Of a stretch of DNA of 64,000 nt, positions 1-9,077 are shown piece after piece; positions within the stretch are counted from its first letter, which is position 1, and every line of letters begins with the position of its first letter. The notes below the pieces were generated by a model. That model made no database searches and had not been told where the DNA came from. It was given only the letters and a program-made list of their open reading frames with translations. The position numbers and the translations under genes were made by a program. Location of the stretch: the IMG/VR virus record IMGVR_UViG_3300021425_000029, positions 3,266-67,265 of that record; one strand, given 5' to 3'. This DNA comes from a virus.

Positions 1-7
1 ACATAGT

Positions 8-1228
8 TTACCTCTTCGGTTTTTCCCATCCCTTCAGTATATCTGGACTGAAGTTGTTATACGAAAATTCTAGACGATCAACCAACTTGACCGCATCACC
101 ACCTAATTTATCGATAGCAACAAATCCTTCTGCACCTGTCTTGACCTTATAACCTTTCTTGGTCTGAACAAACGAGTCTATAGAACTTATGCTATTTAAT
201 TTATTTATAAGTTTTAACTTCGCAAGAACAATACTTTTTTGCAAATCAAACATCTGAACTAGTGATTTTTTATTCCTTGGAGAGAAGAACTTCAGGATGT
301 CATCCAACTTCTGTTGTTGAACCATCTTACCCTTTTCGGTTTTGCGTTTCTCCATCTCTGCTTTGAATTTGGTGTTAATCCACTTGATTAAACCTGTTAC
401 GTGCGTATTACTGTTAGGAATCACAGTTTGAAGCCGCACAAAAGTGTTATTATACTGTTCGATCAGTTGTGCAAGGTCTTGATTCTTCTCTAACTCACGC
501 AGAGTAGAACCAGCGATCTTGTTGAATATCTTACCCGCATCGGATAGATGTTTGGTTACTTCGGCAGTCTCTTTCTTATCCATAGTCGCACCAGACACAT
601 CACGTAACATTGCATCCTGTGACCAGACATTGGAAGAGTTCTTAAACTTCGATACATCCACACCATAGGATGCCTTCATTGATTCAAAGTCTTTACCCGT
701 GTAAGTAGTGTGCCAGACGATGCCAATCTTCGCCTTACGCAATGCATCTGCTTGGTCATAGGGAACTGCATAGATGATTGTGTTAGGATGGAAGGTCACA
801 TACTTCTGACCATCGATAGTATCTGTCTTGATGTCTGGTTTTGAGAACAAGAAGTCACCTTGAATGACACCCTTGATACCCAGTTCAGGTAGATGTTTCA
901 ATGCGAGTTTCATCTTGTCTGCAAGGTCACCCGACATATCCGCATCAATCTCTTGGGCAGACTTATAGATTTTAGGATTCTTTGCAAAGATACCTTTCTT
1001 CGCAACAAAGAAGTTTCCGTCATTGGGGTCTTCGCCACAGAAGATTGCGGGCGCACCATCCCACTTGGTTGACAGTTTACTCTTGGTCTCACCCGCCAAC
1101 ATATCACGGAGTTCTCTCAGTGCATTGATTGCCTGTCGAGTACCGTTGACACCACCATAGAGAACCTTGTCCTCAATGTGAGTCATGTGAGTGTTCTTCT
1201 GTTCTGTTATGAAGTCTTTAAATTCCAT
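8..1228 (-). CDS. Conserved marine T4-like phage protein (DUF6267-like) with ligase-type nucleotidyltransferase motifs and a capsid-targeting-like N-terminus
   Basis: 406 aa; STKWDGAP (KxDG), IQGDFLF, GAEGFVA, AVKLVDR; N-terminus MEFKDFITE resembles the T4 internal-protein targeting sequence. Confidence 0.6.
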   Translation of the reverse strand: MEFKDFITEQKNTHMTHIEDKVLYGGVNGTRQAINALRELRDMLAGETKSKLSTKWDGAPAIFCGEDPNDGNFFVAKKGIFAKNPKIYKSAQEIDADMSGDLADKMKLALKHLPELGIKGVIQGDFLFSKPDIKTDTIDGQKYVTFHPNTIIYAVPYDQADALRKAKIGIVWHTTYTGKDFESMKASYGVDVSKFKNSSNVWSQDAMLRDVSGATMDKKETAEVTKHLSDAGKIFNKIAGSTLRELEKNQDLAQLIEQYNNTFVRLQTVIPNSNTHVTGLIKWINTKFKAEMEKRKTEKGKMVQQQKLDDILKFFSPRNKKSLVQMFDLQKSIVLAKLKLINKLNSISSIDSFVQTKKGYKVKTGAEGFVAIDKLGGDAVKLVDRLEFSYNNFSPDILKGWEKPKR

Positions 1229-2523
1229 TATGACACCTTCAAGTGAACAGCGGAGTTCTTTGTTTGGGATTTCGCAATACGAACCAGATAGTCCAACACT
1301 TGTTGTTCCCTACCCTTAATCGCAGTGAATAGTTCGACTACCATGTATTTGGATACCTGCCATTCAAACGGTTTCTTTTGTAGATTCGCAATCAGAGTAT
1401 CTCTATCGTCTCTCTCATTGGTCATCGAATAGTTCTTCCAGAAGTTATCATAGAACATTTCTGGATTCTTTTTCAACATCTGTTCGATAGTTCTCTTATC
1501 GGTCAGTGGTCTACCAGTTGCTTCCTTCATTGCATCACTGATACCACCATAGGATACCTTACCGTGTTTTGCCTTGTTGCCGATAATCTCACACTGGAAT
1601 GTCGGGAAGGTTCTGAACTGGAGTTGGAATCCACCAGACCCATACAAGTATCCATCCTTTGCACCATAGAAGTTCTTCTTACCAAAAGTCTGTTTGGTGA
1701 ACTGAGGTGCTTTGAATGGTTTACGGAAATTGACTTGTGATAGTTTGGGTTTCTTACCAGTCTTCTTGAGAGAGATACCCATGATGTCACGAGCGGCATA
1801 CGCCTTGAGTAACTCGTTATTCAACTCAGAGATACTGGATGCATTAAGAATATTGTACTTGTTCTCTGCACCACGAGCGACTGCCCAGATATCTGCGGGA
1901 GTCCACTTGTTGACATTACTGAATAGTTTCTCTTCACGGTTGAGTTTCTTGAATGTGTTTTCAAGTGCATCAACCCATGACGAACCACGATGCCATGTGT
2001 ACTGTTTCTTTTTCAATACCTTGTGAAGTATCTTCGCACCATTGATAGATGATGCAATCCACTGGTCATCCTTCAGTAGAATTTCATCTATCTTTGCATC
2101 GGTCTGTGTTTTCTGGAATGCCGCTTTGAGTTCGTCTGGAGAGAACTTTGTATTGGGGTTGTCCCATAACAATTGTGCATAGACACATTGGGCGGCTTCG
2201 GTTGCACGAGTGTTATCTGAACCCGCACCCGAACCAGATGTTCCACCACCAAACTCTTGAGTCTTTTTGAGTAGACCAAAGGACACTGATTCACCATCAA
2301 GTGTCTTGAGTGCCTTGGTGGGTAACCCTTTCTTATCCCCTGTACGGACTGCCTTTTCTACTGCGGGGTCATACTGAAGAACAATCGAATCACCCTTGGT
2401 GGTCTCGAATGGTTCACCCGCTTTGTACTTCTTAATGAATAGGTCAGCACGATACGCCCTATCTGGACGAACGATTTCCCCAAAGGTTAATGAGGTCTCT
2501 ATAAGTTGACTAAACTGAAGCAT
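1228..2523 (-). CDS. Hypothetical protein, PD-(D/E)XK nuclease-like, probable internal head protein
   Basis: Likely start 2523 (MLQFSQLIE); motifs NKWTPADIW and GISLKK; late promoter upstream. Confidence 0.5.
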   Translation of the reverse strand: MLQFSQLIETSLTFGEIVRPDRAYRADLFIKKYKAGEPFETTKGDSIVLQYDPAVEKAVRTGDKKGLPTKALKTLDGESVSFGLLKKTQEFGGGTSGSGAGSDNTRATEAAQCVYAQLLWDNPNTKFSPDELKAAFQKTQTDAKIDEILLKDDQWIASSINGAKILHKVLKKKQYTWHRGSSWVDALENTFKKLNREEKLFSNVNKWTPADIWAVARGAENKYNILNASSISELNNELLKAYAARDIMGISLKKTGKKPKLSQVNFRKPFKAPQFTKQTFGKKNFYGAKDGYLYGSGGFQLQFRTFPTFQCEIIGNKAKHGKVSYGGISDAMKEATGRPLTDKRTIEQMLKKNPEMFYDNFWKNYSMTNERDDRDTLIANLQKKPFEWQVSKYMVVELFTAIKGREQQVLDYLVRIAKSQTKNSAVHLKVS

Positions 2524-2559
2524 CGATTTCCCATAAGTCATAAAAGTGTATTATAACAC

Positions 2560-2567
2560 TATTTATA
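2560..2567 (-). promoter_or_regulatory. T4-type late promoter TATAAATA
   Basis: tatttata on the + strand just upstream of the 1228-2523 gene. Confidence 0.75.
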
Positions 2568-3243
2568 ACAAAATGGAAGTCGAATTTTGTTCTTCGTTAT
2601 ATTTTTCTATAGTTTCTCGTAATGGACGAACCCAGTTGTCACGATGTTCTACAAAGATTTGGGGTTCATGATCATCAACAACAATCATGGTAACCAACTG
2701 AGTGATGGGCATTCCAGTGCGTTCTTCCCACATAATTGAGTATGCAGACTCTTGCATAAAGTAGTTCTTGACCCAATCACGCTTCTTAGGTTTTGCAGAT
2801 GTCTTGAAGTCGATGATGGATAGTTTACCATCAAACTCGGCAACACAGTCAACACGACCAGCTACACCTAGATGATTACTGTAGAGTGGGGCTTCTTGTG
2901 CGTAGATTTTACCAATGTGTTTATCCAACAATGGTTTCATATCTTGGAAGTTTGCAATGATGTTGGGCATATACCCTGCGGTGTAGTTCGGGTCATTGTC
3001 CAAATACTTCTCAATGATTTCATGAACCGCAGTTCCACGAGTTGATGCTCGTCTTGAGATGCGATTCGCTTCTTCTTCACCAACACGCTTACGCCATGCG
3101 GCAATAGAATCACGAGACAGGATTGATAATACTGTAGTGATGGATGGTAGGTTGATTCCTTCGGGTGTCCTATATTGGCGACCCTTATCGGTAGTGACCG
3201 ATTCCATCTCAGTCAGTTCAACTTGTTCGTGTATAAAATTCAT
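2563..3243 (-). CDS. PD-(D/E)XK exonuclease of T4-like phages (Cas4/RecB-like fold)
   Basis: PSITTVL, RGTAVH, AGRVDC, IIDFKTS, YFMQESAY motifs. Confidence 0.85.
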   Translation of the reverse strand: MNFIHEQVELTEMESVTTDKGRQYRTPEGINLPSITTVLSILSRDSIAAWRKRVGEEEANRISRRASTRGTAVHEIIEKYLDNDPNYTAGYMPNIIANFQDMKPLLDKHIGKIYAQEAPLYSNHLGVAGRVDCVAEFDGKLSIIDFKTSAKPKKRDWVKNYFMQESAYSIMWEERTGMPITQLVTMIVVDDHEPQIFVEHRDNWVRPLRETIEKYNEEQNSTSILL

Positions 3244-3246
3244 AAT

Positions 3247-3483
3247 CTATCCAGTAATTGTTTGAAATACATTTCGTAATAGTAACAACACTCCAACAGT
3301 GTTTACGATGATCAAGGCACGGTCTTTCCACAATATCGAAACCCATAGCCATAGTGTAATACCAGCCGTTGAAAAAGTCAAGTCATAAATTTGCAGACCT
3401 TCAATACCCCTTATCGACATACCGATTAGTAGAGAAATCGATGCAACCCATTTAACATACCAGTCTAAAGATTTTTCATTCAT
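3247..3483 (-). CDS. Small membrane protein
   Basis: 78 aa, about three hydrophobic segments, WYVKW and WKDRALI motifs. Confidence 0.65.
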   Translation of the reverse strand: MNEKSLDWYVKWVASISLLIGMSIRGIEGLQIYDLTFSTAGITLWLWVSILWKDRALIIVNTVGVLLLLRNVFQTITG

Positions 3484-4085
3484 TTAAATTTGCCATTTTT
3501 CTCACGCAGTTTTGCCATTCGGTCACGAGCGGCCTTCCACTTGTTAAAGGTCAGTGGTTTTCGAGCGTTACCATATGCAAGTCCTTTGCGTTTGAATTCA
3601 TTCTTGAGAATCTTCTTCTCAGCAGTACCCATGAACGCACCGACCATTTCAAGTAGAGTCTGTCGGAAAGATCGACCATGATGCATATGTCCGAGACAGT
3701 GAGTAAGTTCGTGTAACAGTGTATACTTAGACAATCCACTAATAGGACATAATGAGACAGTCATACCATCGGTGTAACCCGACATAGTCTTACTTCGTCT
3801 TTGCATTGCGACAACTCTTGGAGTTCCTGCTAACAATCGAGTCATATTATTCTCGCAAGATGCTTTCCACAACTTACCCCACTTCTTACTTTTGTAAACT
3901 CGTTTGGCGAACTTCTGTGCCTCTTTGATGTCAGCAAACTTTGTGTCATCAATTTGTCTCTGAAACATCCACTCTGCCCGATAGGTTTTCAATCGTTCTG
4001 AGTCTTTACACTTCTCACCACGATTCTGTTTCTGTTCGTGTTTCAACAGGTAGGTTGCGTATTGAAGACTATCGTAATTAGCCAT
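3480..4085 (-). CDS. Zincin (SprT-like) metallopeptidase
   Basis: LLHELTHCLGHMHHGRSF (HExxH...HG.xF). Confidence 0.65.
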   Translation of the reverse strand: MANYDSLQYATYLLKHEQKQNRGEKCKDSERLKTYRAEWMFQRQIDDTKFADIKEAQKFAKRVYKSKKWGKLWKASCENNMTRLLAGTPRVVAMQRRSKTMSGYTDGMTVSLCPISGLSKYTLLHELTHCLGHMHHGRSFRQTLLEMVGAFMGTAEKKILKNEFKRKGLAYGNARKPLTFNKWKAARDRMAKLREKNGKFK

Positions 4086-4537
4086 TATATAACTCCCTCA
4101 TTCCAAACACGGTCAGTATAGACTTCTTGAAGGCGGAACGCTTCTTTCTCCCACGGTTGACGAGCATAAGCAGTACCGTAACCATAGACAGATGTTTTCC
4201 AACGAATCTTTCGACTCTTGGTTTTGACATCCCAGAAGTCAACCATCTCTCGTTTGACATACTGTTTGACATGAACTAGTTCGTGAATCACCGTAGTGAC
4301 AAATTCACGCAGACTTTGATTCTTTTCGACATCAATCAAAAACAGACGGTCATCTTCGTGTCTACACCAACCTTCAACACCGTCTTTGGTTAAGTCCTTT
4401 AAACGAATCTCAACTTCTAGTTTTCGGACTCTGGGGAGAAGTTCGTCTAATGTCCAGTAAGCAATTTTTTCGACAATATCTCGTTGCCACTTCTTACCAC
4501 CTTTAACCAACACTACCTTCATAAAAACCTCTCTCAA
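4085..4537 (-). CDS. Zincin metallopeptidase-like protein
   Basis: VIHELVHVKQ plus PWEKEA third-ligand motif. Confidence 0.7.
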   Translation of the reverse strand: MREVFMKVVLVKGGKKWQRDIVEKIAYWTLDELLPRVRKLEVEIRLKDLTKDGVEGWCRHEDDRLFLIDVEKNQSLREFVTTVIHELVHVKQYVKREMVDFWDVKTKSRKIRWKTSVYGYGTAYARQPWEKEAFRLQEVYTDRVWNEGVI

Positions 4538-4554
4538 CTCGACTTTACATATAC

Positions 4555-4583
4555 ATTATATGCTATTGGGCAGGTTTTGTCAA
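4555..4583 (-). promoter_or_regulatory. Sigma70-type early promoter
   Basis: TTGACA-17-TATAAT with AT-rich upstream element. Confidence 0.75.
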
Positions 4584-4632
4584 CTTATTTTTGAAATAAG
4601 ATTCCTTTATAAATCAATGACTTAGAATTTTT

Positions 4633-4911
4633 TTATACAATTAATCCGCTTGTGGCCTTGCGATATTCCTTCTCAATGTTCTCATTCACCTCAGTGATGA
4701 ACACCACTTGACTCATTTGGATATCAACCGAAAGAACATCGGGTTTGCCAGTTGCACAGATACCATGAGCGAAACCCATGCCCTGTTCTGTCTGGACAAT
4801 CATTCGTGGGTCTGACAGAGTCACTACAGATGTACCCTGTTGAACATACTTACCAACATACTCACCATATGCGGTCATTACTGAAACAACATCATTTTTA
4901 TTCATTTTCAA
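4633..4911 (-). CDS. Hypothetical protein (small beta-rich, Sm-like)
   Basis: 92 aa ORF in gene-dense context. Confidence 0.6.
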   Translation of the reverse strand: MKMNKNDVVSVMTAYGEYVGKYVQQGTSVVTLSDPRMIVQTEQGMGFAHGICATGKPDVLSVDIQMSQVVFITEVNENIEKEYRKATSGLIV

Positions 4912-4918
4912 TTCCTAT

Positions 4919-4946
4919 AAAAGTGGGTAGGGACAATCCCTACCCA
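4919..4946 (-). terminator. Intrinsic terminator
   Basis: Perfect 10-bp hairpin TGGGTAGGGA/TCCCTACCCA followed by CTTTT on the minus strand. Confidence 0.65.
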
Positions 4947-4961
4947 TTATCTATTATCAGA

Positions 4962-5930
4962 TTAAGCAGCGACTGCGTACTCAACCGCCTTCTCAACCGC
5001 ACGAATCTTACGAGTCTGGTTCGCACCAAACCATGCGGAAGACAATCGTGAATCAACCTCACGACCCATTCTGTGGTCAGTCAAGTAGGTCACACTGTTC
5101 AGTGCTTGCCACCATGAACCTTCACCATAGTTTGCGCCAGGCTGGGTCTCCAAGAAAGAGTATGCCTTTTGACCATTCGATGATAGATCAGCAAAGTCCT
5201 TGACTTGGATGTCCTTCTTACCCTTGTAGGTTCGTGGGAATACTTCGTTGTAGTACTGAACCAAAGAGTCCATAGAGAATCGTTTGGTAGAGAGGAACTC
5301 TGCCATCTCTTTGTACTTCGCAAACTTCTCTGAGGCAATACCCATTTGTTCCTTAACCATAGCAGGGTTGAACTCATTGCGGTGGTTTAGTGTCACCGAG
5401 TTCGCAACATTCTGACCCAAAGACATGGACAAGGTGTTGTTGCAGACCACTCGAATCGGAGTGAATCGAACATCGATTGCCTTACCATACTTGTGTGGGT
5501 TAGAGAACAGCAAGTAAGAATCAACTTGGTCTCCACCAAGGATGTCAAACGACTCCTTGATCTTCGCAAGTGCCCATACCATCTGACCACCCTTCAAAGA
5601 ACCCGCAGTGTGCATTTCCATGTCACCCGCCAGAGTGTACTCCGAGAAGAACTCAAACGCAGTCTCGTTCTGTACAGGATTCCAGTTGTCACCAACAACA
5701 TCAAGTACTTTATTGTCGGAAGATCGCACCAGTGCTTTCTTACCTTCAATCTCAACACCAGATGCGGTGGTCATTGTCTCTTTCTCGACAGACCAGTCTA
5801 GACCTGCCTTACTCATAATCTGGATCGGGGAAAGATCGGGGGCGACCTTCGTTCCTAATCCGTGCCAAGGTGTCTCACCAGCGTATGCCATTTGTGCGAC
5901 ACCATCTACCATTTCTACTTCATGACTCAT
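4962..5930 (-). CDS. DUF932-family protein
   Basis: PWHGLG, AGLDW, VQN..AF.F, TAGSLKGG, TPIRVVCNNTL motifs. Confidence 0.85.
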   Translation of the reverse strand: MSHEVEMVDGVAQMAYAGETPWHGLGTKVAPDLSPIQIMSKAGLDWSVEKETMTTASGVEIEGKKALVRSSDNKVLDVVGDNWNPVQNETAFEFFSEYTLAGDMEMHTAGSLKGGQMVWALAKIKESFDILGGDQVDSYLLFSNPHKYGKAIDVRFTPIRVVCNNTLSMSLGQNVANSVTLNHRNEFNPAMVKEQMGIASEKFAKYKEMAEFLSTKRFSMDSLVQYYNEVFPRTYKGKKDIQVKDFADLSSNGQKAYSFLETQPGANYGEGSWWQALNSVTYLTDHRMGREVDSRLSSAWFGANQTRKIRAVEKAVEYAVAA

Positions 5931-5941
5931 AATCTTCTCCT

Positions 5942-6295
5942 TTAACCTTCGACTCTATCGTGGACTGCAACTGCACCGTAGAATGATGCACCTAGTAACT
6001 TATCACAAAGGTCTGAAAACCTTGAGTCACTTGTTGTTGCATAGTTTCCACCAAACATAGTCCACTTACCTTTTTTCGAGACTGGGATTAGTCTCAAAAT
6101 CTTTCTCCCACCGATGGGTTCAGCCATCACCAATTCTGCGGCAGGATAATCATCACATGGTTCAAACGGCCCATCCGCATTCACCACTGTGAAACCTTTA
6201 CTGTATGAAGACTCACCACCAAGGGTAGTATCCACACCATCCAAAAAATCATTCCCATAAGGAACTTGTCTATAAACGCTTACATGAATTCCCAT
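5942..6295 (-). CDS. Hypothetical protein
   Basis: 117 aa, GAGG RBS; MFGGNY..SDSRF and HDRVE motifs. Confidence 0.7.
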   Translation of the reverse strand: MGIHVSVYRQVPYGNDFLDGVDTTLGGESSYSKGFTVVNADGPFEPCDDYPAAELVMAEPIGGRKILRLIPVSKKGKWTMFGGNYATTSDSRFSDLCDKLLGASFYGAVAVHDRVEG

Positions 6296-6310
6296 AATTT
6301 ATTTCCTCAA

Positions 6311-6538
6311 TTAAGCAATAGGGTAAATAGTATCACCGTAGTGATCGTTAAATAATTCGTCAATCTCTTGTGCAGACAGTGAAGCGTCAACGATGAGCAT
6401 CTCGTAGTCATCTTTGACGAACCAGTCATCACGGTTGCCGAACTTGTCGGTCTTTGGATTGTAGTAGTACTCGAACACAGGTTTGTTGTTCTGGTTTGTC
6501 AAGTAAACAATCGGGTTTAAGTGATTCACGCCAGTCAT
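6311..6538 (-). CDS. Hypothetical early protein
   Basis: Start moved to MTGVNHL, downstream of the early promoter at 6554-6600. Confidence 0.6.
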   Translation of the reverse strand: MTGVNHLNPIVYLTNQNNKPVFEYYYNPKTDKFGNRDDWFVKDDYEMLIVDASLSAQEIDELFNDHYGDTIYPIA

Positions 6539-6553
6539 TTCTCTATCTCTTTT

Positions 6554-6600
6554 CTCATTCTCAATACAAGTATTATATAGGACTCGACAACTATTGTCAA
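6554..6600 (-). promoter_or_regulatory. Early sigma70 promoter with conserved leader (copy A)
   Basis: TTGACA-17-TATAAT followed by ACTTGTATTGAGAATGAG. Confidence 0.85.
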
Positions 6601-6614
6601 GTCTTTTTTTCAAA

Positions 6615-6905
6615 TTAAGACCATTTTTCTGGAGCAGGGGTATATCGGATGTTTCGTTTGATATCCCATTTCTCGACAACAGGAAGACCACACTCGTCTT
6701 CATCAACACAAACATAGGCAACGGTCTTCTTGACCTCCGCATAACGATATTGTTGACCCAGACCACCTACCCACACCAAGTGAGGGAATCGGGTGAAAGG
6801 GCCGTGACCAAAGTCACCATTCTCAGAGTAGTGAAAAGACATACCGTAGTCTTTCTCAACAAACTCACCTAAAACTGGTTCAACACCTAAAGGGGCATAT
6901 GCCAT
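6615..6905 (-). CDS. Hypothetical protein
   Basis: 96 aa, GGAG RBS, coupled to upstream ORF. Confidence 0.65.
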   Translation of the reverse strand: MAYAPLGVEPVLGEFVEKDYGMSFHYSENGDFGHGPFTRFPHLVWVGGLGQQYRYAEVKKTVAYVCVDEDECGLPVVEKWDIKRNIRYTPAPEKWS

Positions 6906-7063
6906 TATTTAATCTCCATCTGGTCACGCATACCGAGACCAATAAAACCAAAACCGATTGAAGCGTAGAACAGACACTCAATGATAGACATGGTGTCCTG
7001 TTCCAAACCTCCCGCAGAACCAAATACAAAAAACGCACCAACTAAACCGTAAATCAAATTCAT
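6905..7063 (-). CDS. Small membrane protein (not in ORF track)
   Basis: Manually translated 52 aa MNLIYGLVGAFFVFGSAGGLEQD...QMEIK; GGAGG RBS; abuts both neighbours. Confidence 0.65.
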   Translation of the reverse strand: MNLIYGLVGAFFVFGSAGGLEQDTMSIIECLFYASIGFGFIGLGMRDQMEIK

Positions 7064-7242
7064 TGACCAACTACCTCCGTAGGGTTATAAAACTTAATAG
7101 TCTCGTCATCAACCATCTCAACAGGTTTATGGTTGGTCAACTGCCAGAAGTACTGGGGCAGTAATGAGTAAGACTTCAAGGGGGCGATAAATTCAACACC
7201 GTCTTCAAAAGATACATAGGTTAAGTTACTTAATTGATTCAT
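7060..7242 (-). CDS. Hypothetical protein
   Basis: 60 aa, AAGGAG RBS. Confidence 0.6.
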   Translation of the reverse strand: MNQLSNLTYVSFEDGVEFIAPLKSYSLLPQYFWQLTNHKPVEMVDDETIKFYNPTEVVGQ

Positions 7243-7430
7243 TATTTAATCTCCTTACGCTGTAAAGCGTGGTCAATCCAACAATCACTGATCAAGTCAC
7301 GATCCATGCGCCACTTGAACGCATCTTGGATTCGGTCAAAACGAGCCATCTCGTTATCGTTCACCATATTGCGAACAATGTAAACATACTCTTCGTTGAC
7401 TCTCTTCTCTCTCATATCACTGTTTCTCAT
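7242..7430 (-). CDS. Hypothetical early protein
   Basis: Start MRNSDM downstream of a sigma70 promoter at about 7462-7490. Confidence 0.55.
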   Translation of the reverse strand: MRNSDMREKRVNEEYVYIVRNMVNDNEMARFDRIQDAFKWRMDRDLISDCWIDHALQRKEIK

Positions 7431-7605
7431 ATCTCTCTCTCTTTTCTCATTTTGTATACACATTATAACCGCCCAGACAGGTTTCGTCAACCCTTATTTT
7501 GAAAATAAGTGAAATAATTTAGAATAAAATGGAATAAAAGGGAGTTTTTTAGAACTTTTTCGTATATGGAACGAAATTATCTCTACGGTTTTTCACCATT
7601 ATGGG

Positions 7606-7636
7606 GAAAAGAAGGGGAGATATTTCTATCTCCCCA
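7606..7636 (-). terminator. Intrinsic terminator after the pstS operon
   Basis: GGGGAGATA/TATCTCCCC hairpin plus U-rich tail on the minus strand. Confidence 0.7.
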
Positions 7637-7642
7637 AATATC

Positions 7643-7966
7643 TTAAAATGAATAACGAATCTCTGTTTCTACGCCATGTTTCCACGCATCTACATTTGTT
7701 GATTCAATCTTACCTTTTACAGTGAAACCATTATCAAACTTAAACTTATAACCAGCTTCTGCTGATGTACCACCATCAGACATAACACCTGCTTCGAGAT
7801 AAACTTTCTTACCTTTGTAACCTAGTCTCAAATGGTTAGTACCAGAACCTAGATCAATGTTGTCAAACTCGGTGAATTTGATTTTGTTTTTTGCTTCAAC
7901 ATATGGGCCTGCAAATGTTGATACCGACATAAGTGATACTAATACTACTGCGATTAAACTTTTCAT
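7643..7966 (-). CDS. Small exported outer-membrane beta-strand (porin-like) protein
   Basis: Signal peptide, alternating beta-strand pattern, C-terminal YSF. Confidence 0.6.
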   Translation of the reverse strand: MKSLIAVVLVSLMSVSTFAGPYVEAKNKIKFTEFDNIDLGSGTNHLRLGYKGKKVYLEAGVMSDGGTSAEAGYKFKFDNGFTVKGKIESTNVDAWKHGVETEIRYSF

Positions 7967-7975
7967 TGGGGTCTC

Positions 7976-8974
7976 CTATAAACCTTTGAATGAATTTCTA
8001 ACTTCTTTTGGTAATGGAATCATGCCCTTTTCGACAAGATAACCATCGTCACCCCATGACTTCTCGGAAGTGAACTCGTTTACATACTCAGCGATACCTG
8101 GCACTACACCAACATGAGCCTTCTTAACATAGAAGAATAGTGGGCGAGATACTGAATATGATTTGTCTGCAATGTTTTCGAATGTTGGTTCAACACCTTC
8201 AATCAATGAACCTTGCACAACATCGGCATTCTGGTCTAAGAATGAAAACCCGAAGATGCCATATGCGTCTTTATTTTTTGTTAACTTTTGTATGATTAGA
8301 TTGTCGTTTTCGCCTGCTTCGATGTATACACCATCTTCACGAATTGTATGACATATTGCTTTGTATGCTTTCTTATCAACTTTTTTCATTGCTTTAATTT
8401 CTGGAAACTTCTTACAACCACCTTCCATTGCTAACTCGACAAATGCATCACGAGTACCAGATGTTGGGGGTGGGCCAAGAACTTCAATTCTTACATTAGG
8501 TAAAGAAGAATCAATATCAGACCAATAGGTGTATGGGTTTTCGATAAGGTTACCATTTGAATCTGGTACTTCTTTCGCAAGAGCAAGAAAGATTTGTTTA
8601 CGTGTTACATTTAACACTTCACTCTCTTTACTGTTTGCAAGAACAATACCATCATATCCTACGTTTACTTCTAGTATATCCGTCACTCCATTTGAAGCAC
8701 ATTTTGCGACTTCAGAATCCTTGATAACACGACTTGCATTTGTAATGTCTGCATATTGTGTACCAACACCACCACAGAATAGTTTGAAACCACCACCTGT
8801 TCCAGTGCTTTCGATCTTTGGTGTTTTGATGTTTGCTTGCTTACCTACTCGTTCTGCAACGACTGTTGCGAAAGGATAAACTGTAGATGAACCTACAATT
8901 TCAACGGTTGAACGGGCGAAAGATTGGGTAGAAGCGAAGAGAGTTACTAGTACTACTACGATTAGACTTTTCAT
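7976..8974 (-). CDS. pstS: Phosphate ABC transporter periplasmic binding protein
   Basis: Signal peptide; GSSTVYP, STGTGGG, GPPPTSGTRD, SRPLFFY motifs. Confidence 0.95.
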   Translation of the reverse strand: MKSLIVVVLVTLFASTQSFARSTVEIVGSSTVYPFATVVAERVGKQANIKTPKIESTGTGGGFKLFCGGVGTQYADITNASRVIKDSEVAKCASNGVTDILEVNVGYDGIVLANSKESEVLNVTRKQIFLALAKEVPDSNGNLIENPYTYWSDIDSSLPNVRIEVLGPPPTSGTRDAFVELAMEGGCKKFPEIKAMKKVDKKAYKAICHTIREDGVYIEAGENDNLIIQKLTKNKDAYGIFGFSFLDQNADVVQGSLIEGVEPTFENIADKSYSVSRPLFFYVKKAHVGVVPGIAEYVNEFTSEKSWGDDGYLVEKGMIPLPKEVRNSFKGL

Positions 8975-9026
8975 AAATGGTCTCCTAAACCTAAGTGATT
9001 AGTCGTAGGTACTTATAAGTTTAGGT

Positions 9027-9077
9027 GTTACATTTGTGTTACAGTTGTGTTATAGTTTTATGAAGTTTTTATGACAG
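9027..9077 (-). promoter_or_regulatory. Tandem Pho box array (PhoB-type)
   Basis: Five heptamers at exact 11-bp spacing on the minus strand: CTGTCAT, ACTTCAT, CTATAAC, CTGTAAC, ATGTAAC, upstream of pstS. Confidence 0.85.

Noticed and set aside
2563-3243. Cas4-like nuclease suggesting CRISPR
   Set aside because: No repeat-spacer array or other cas gene seen, and it lacks the Fe-S cysteine cluster; this is the usual T4-like exonuclease
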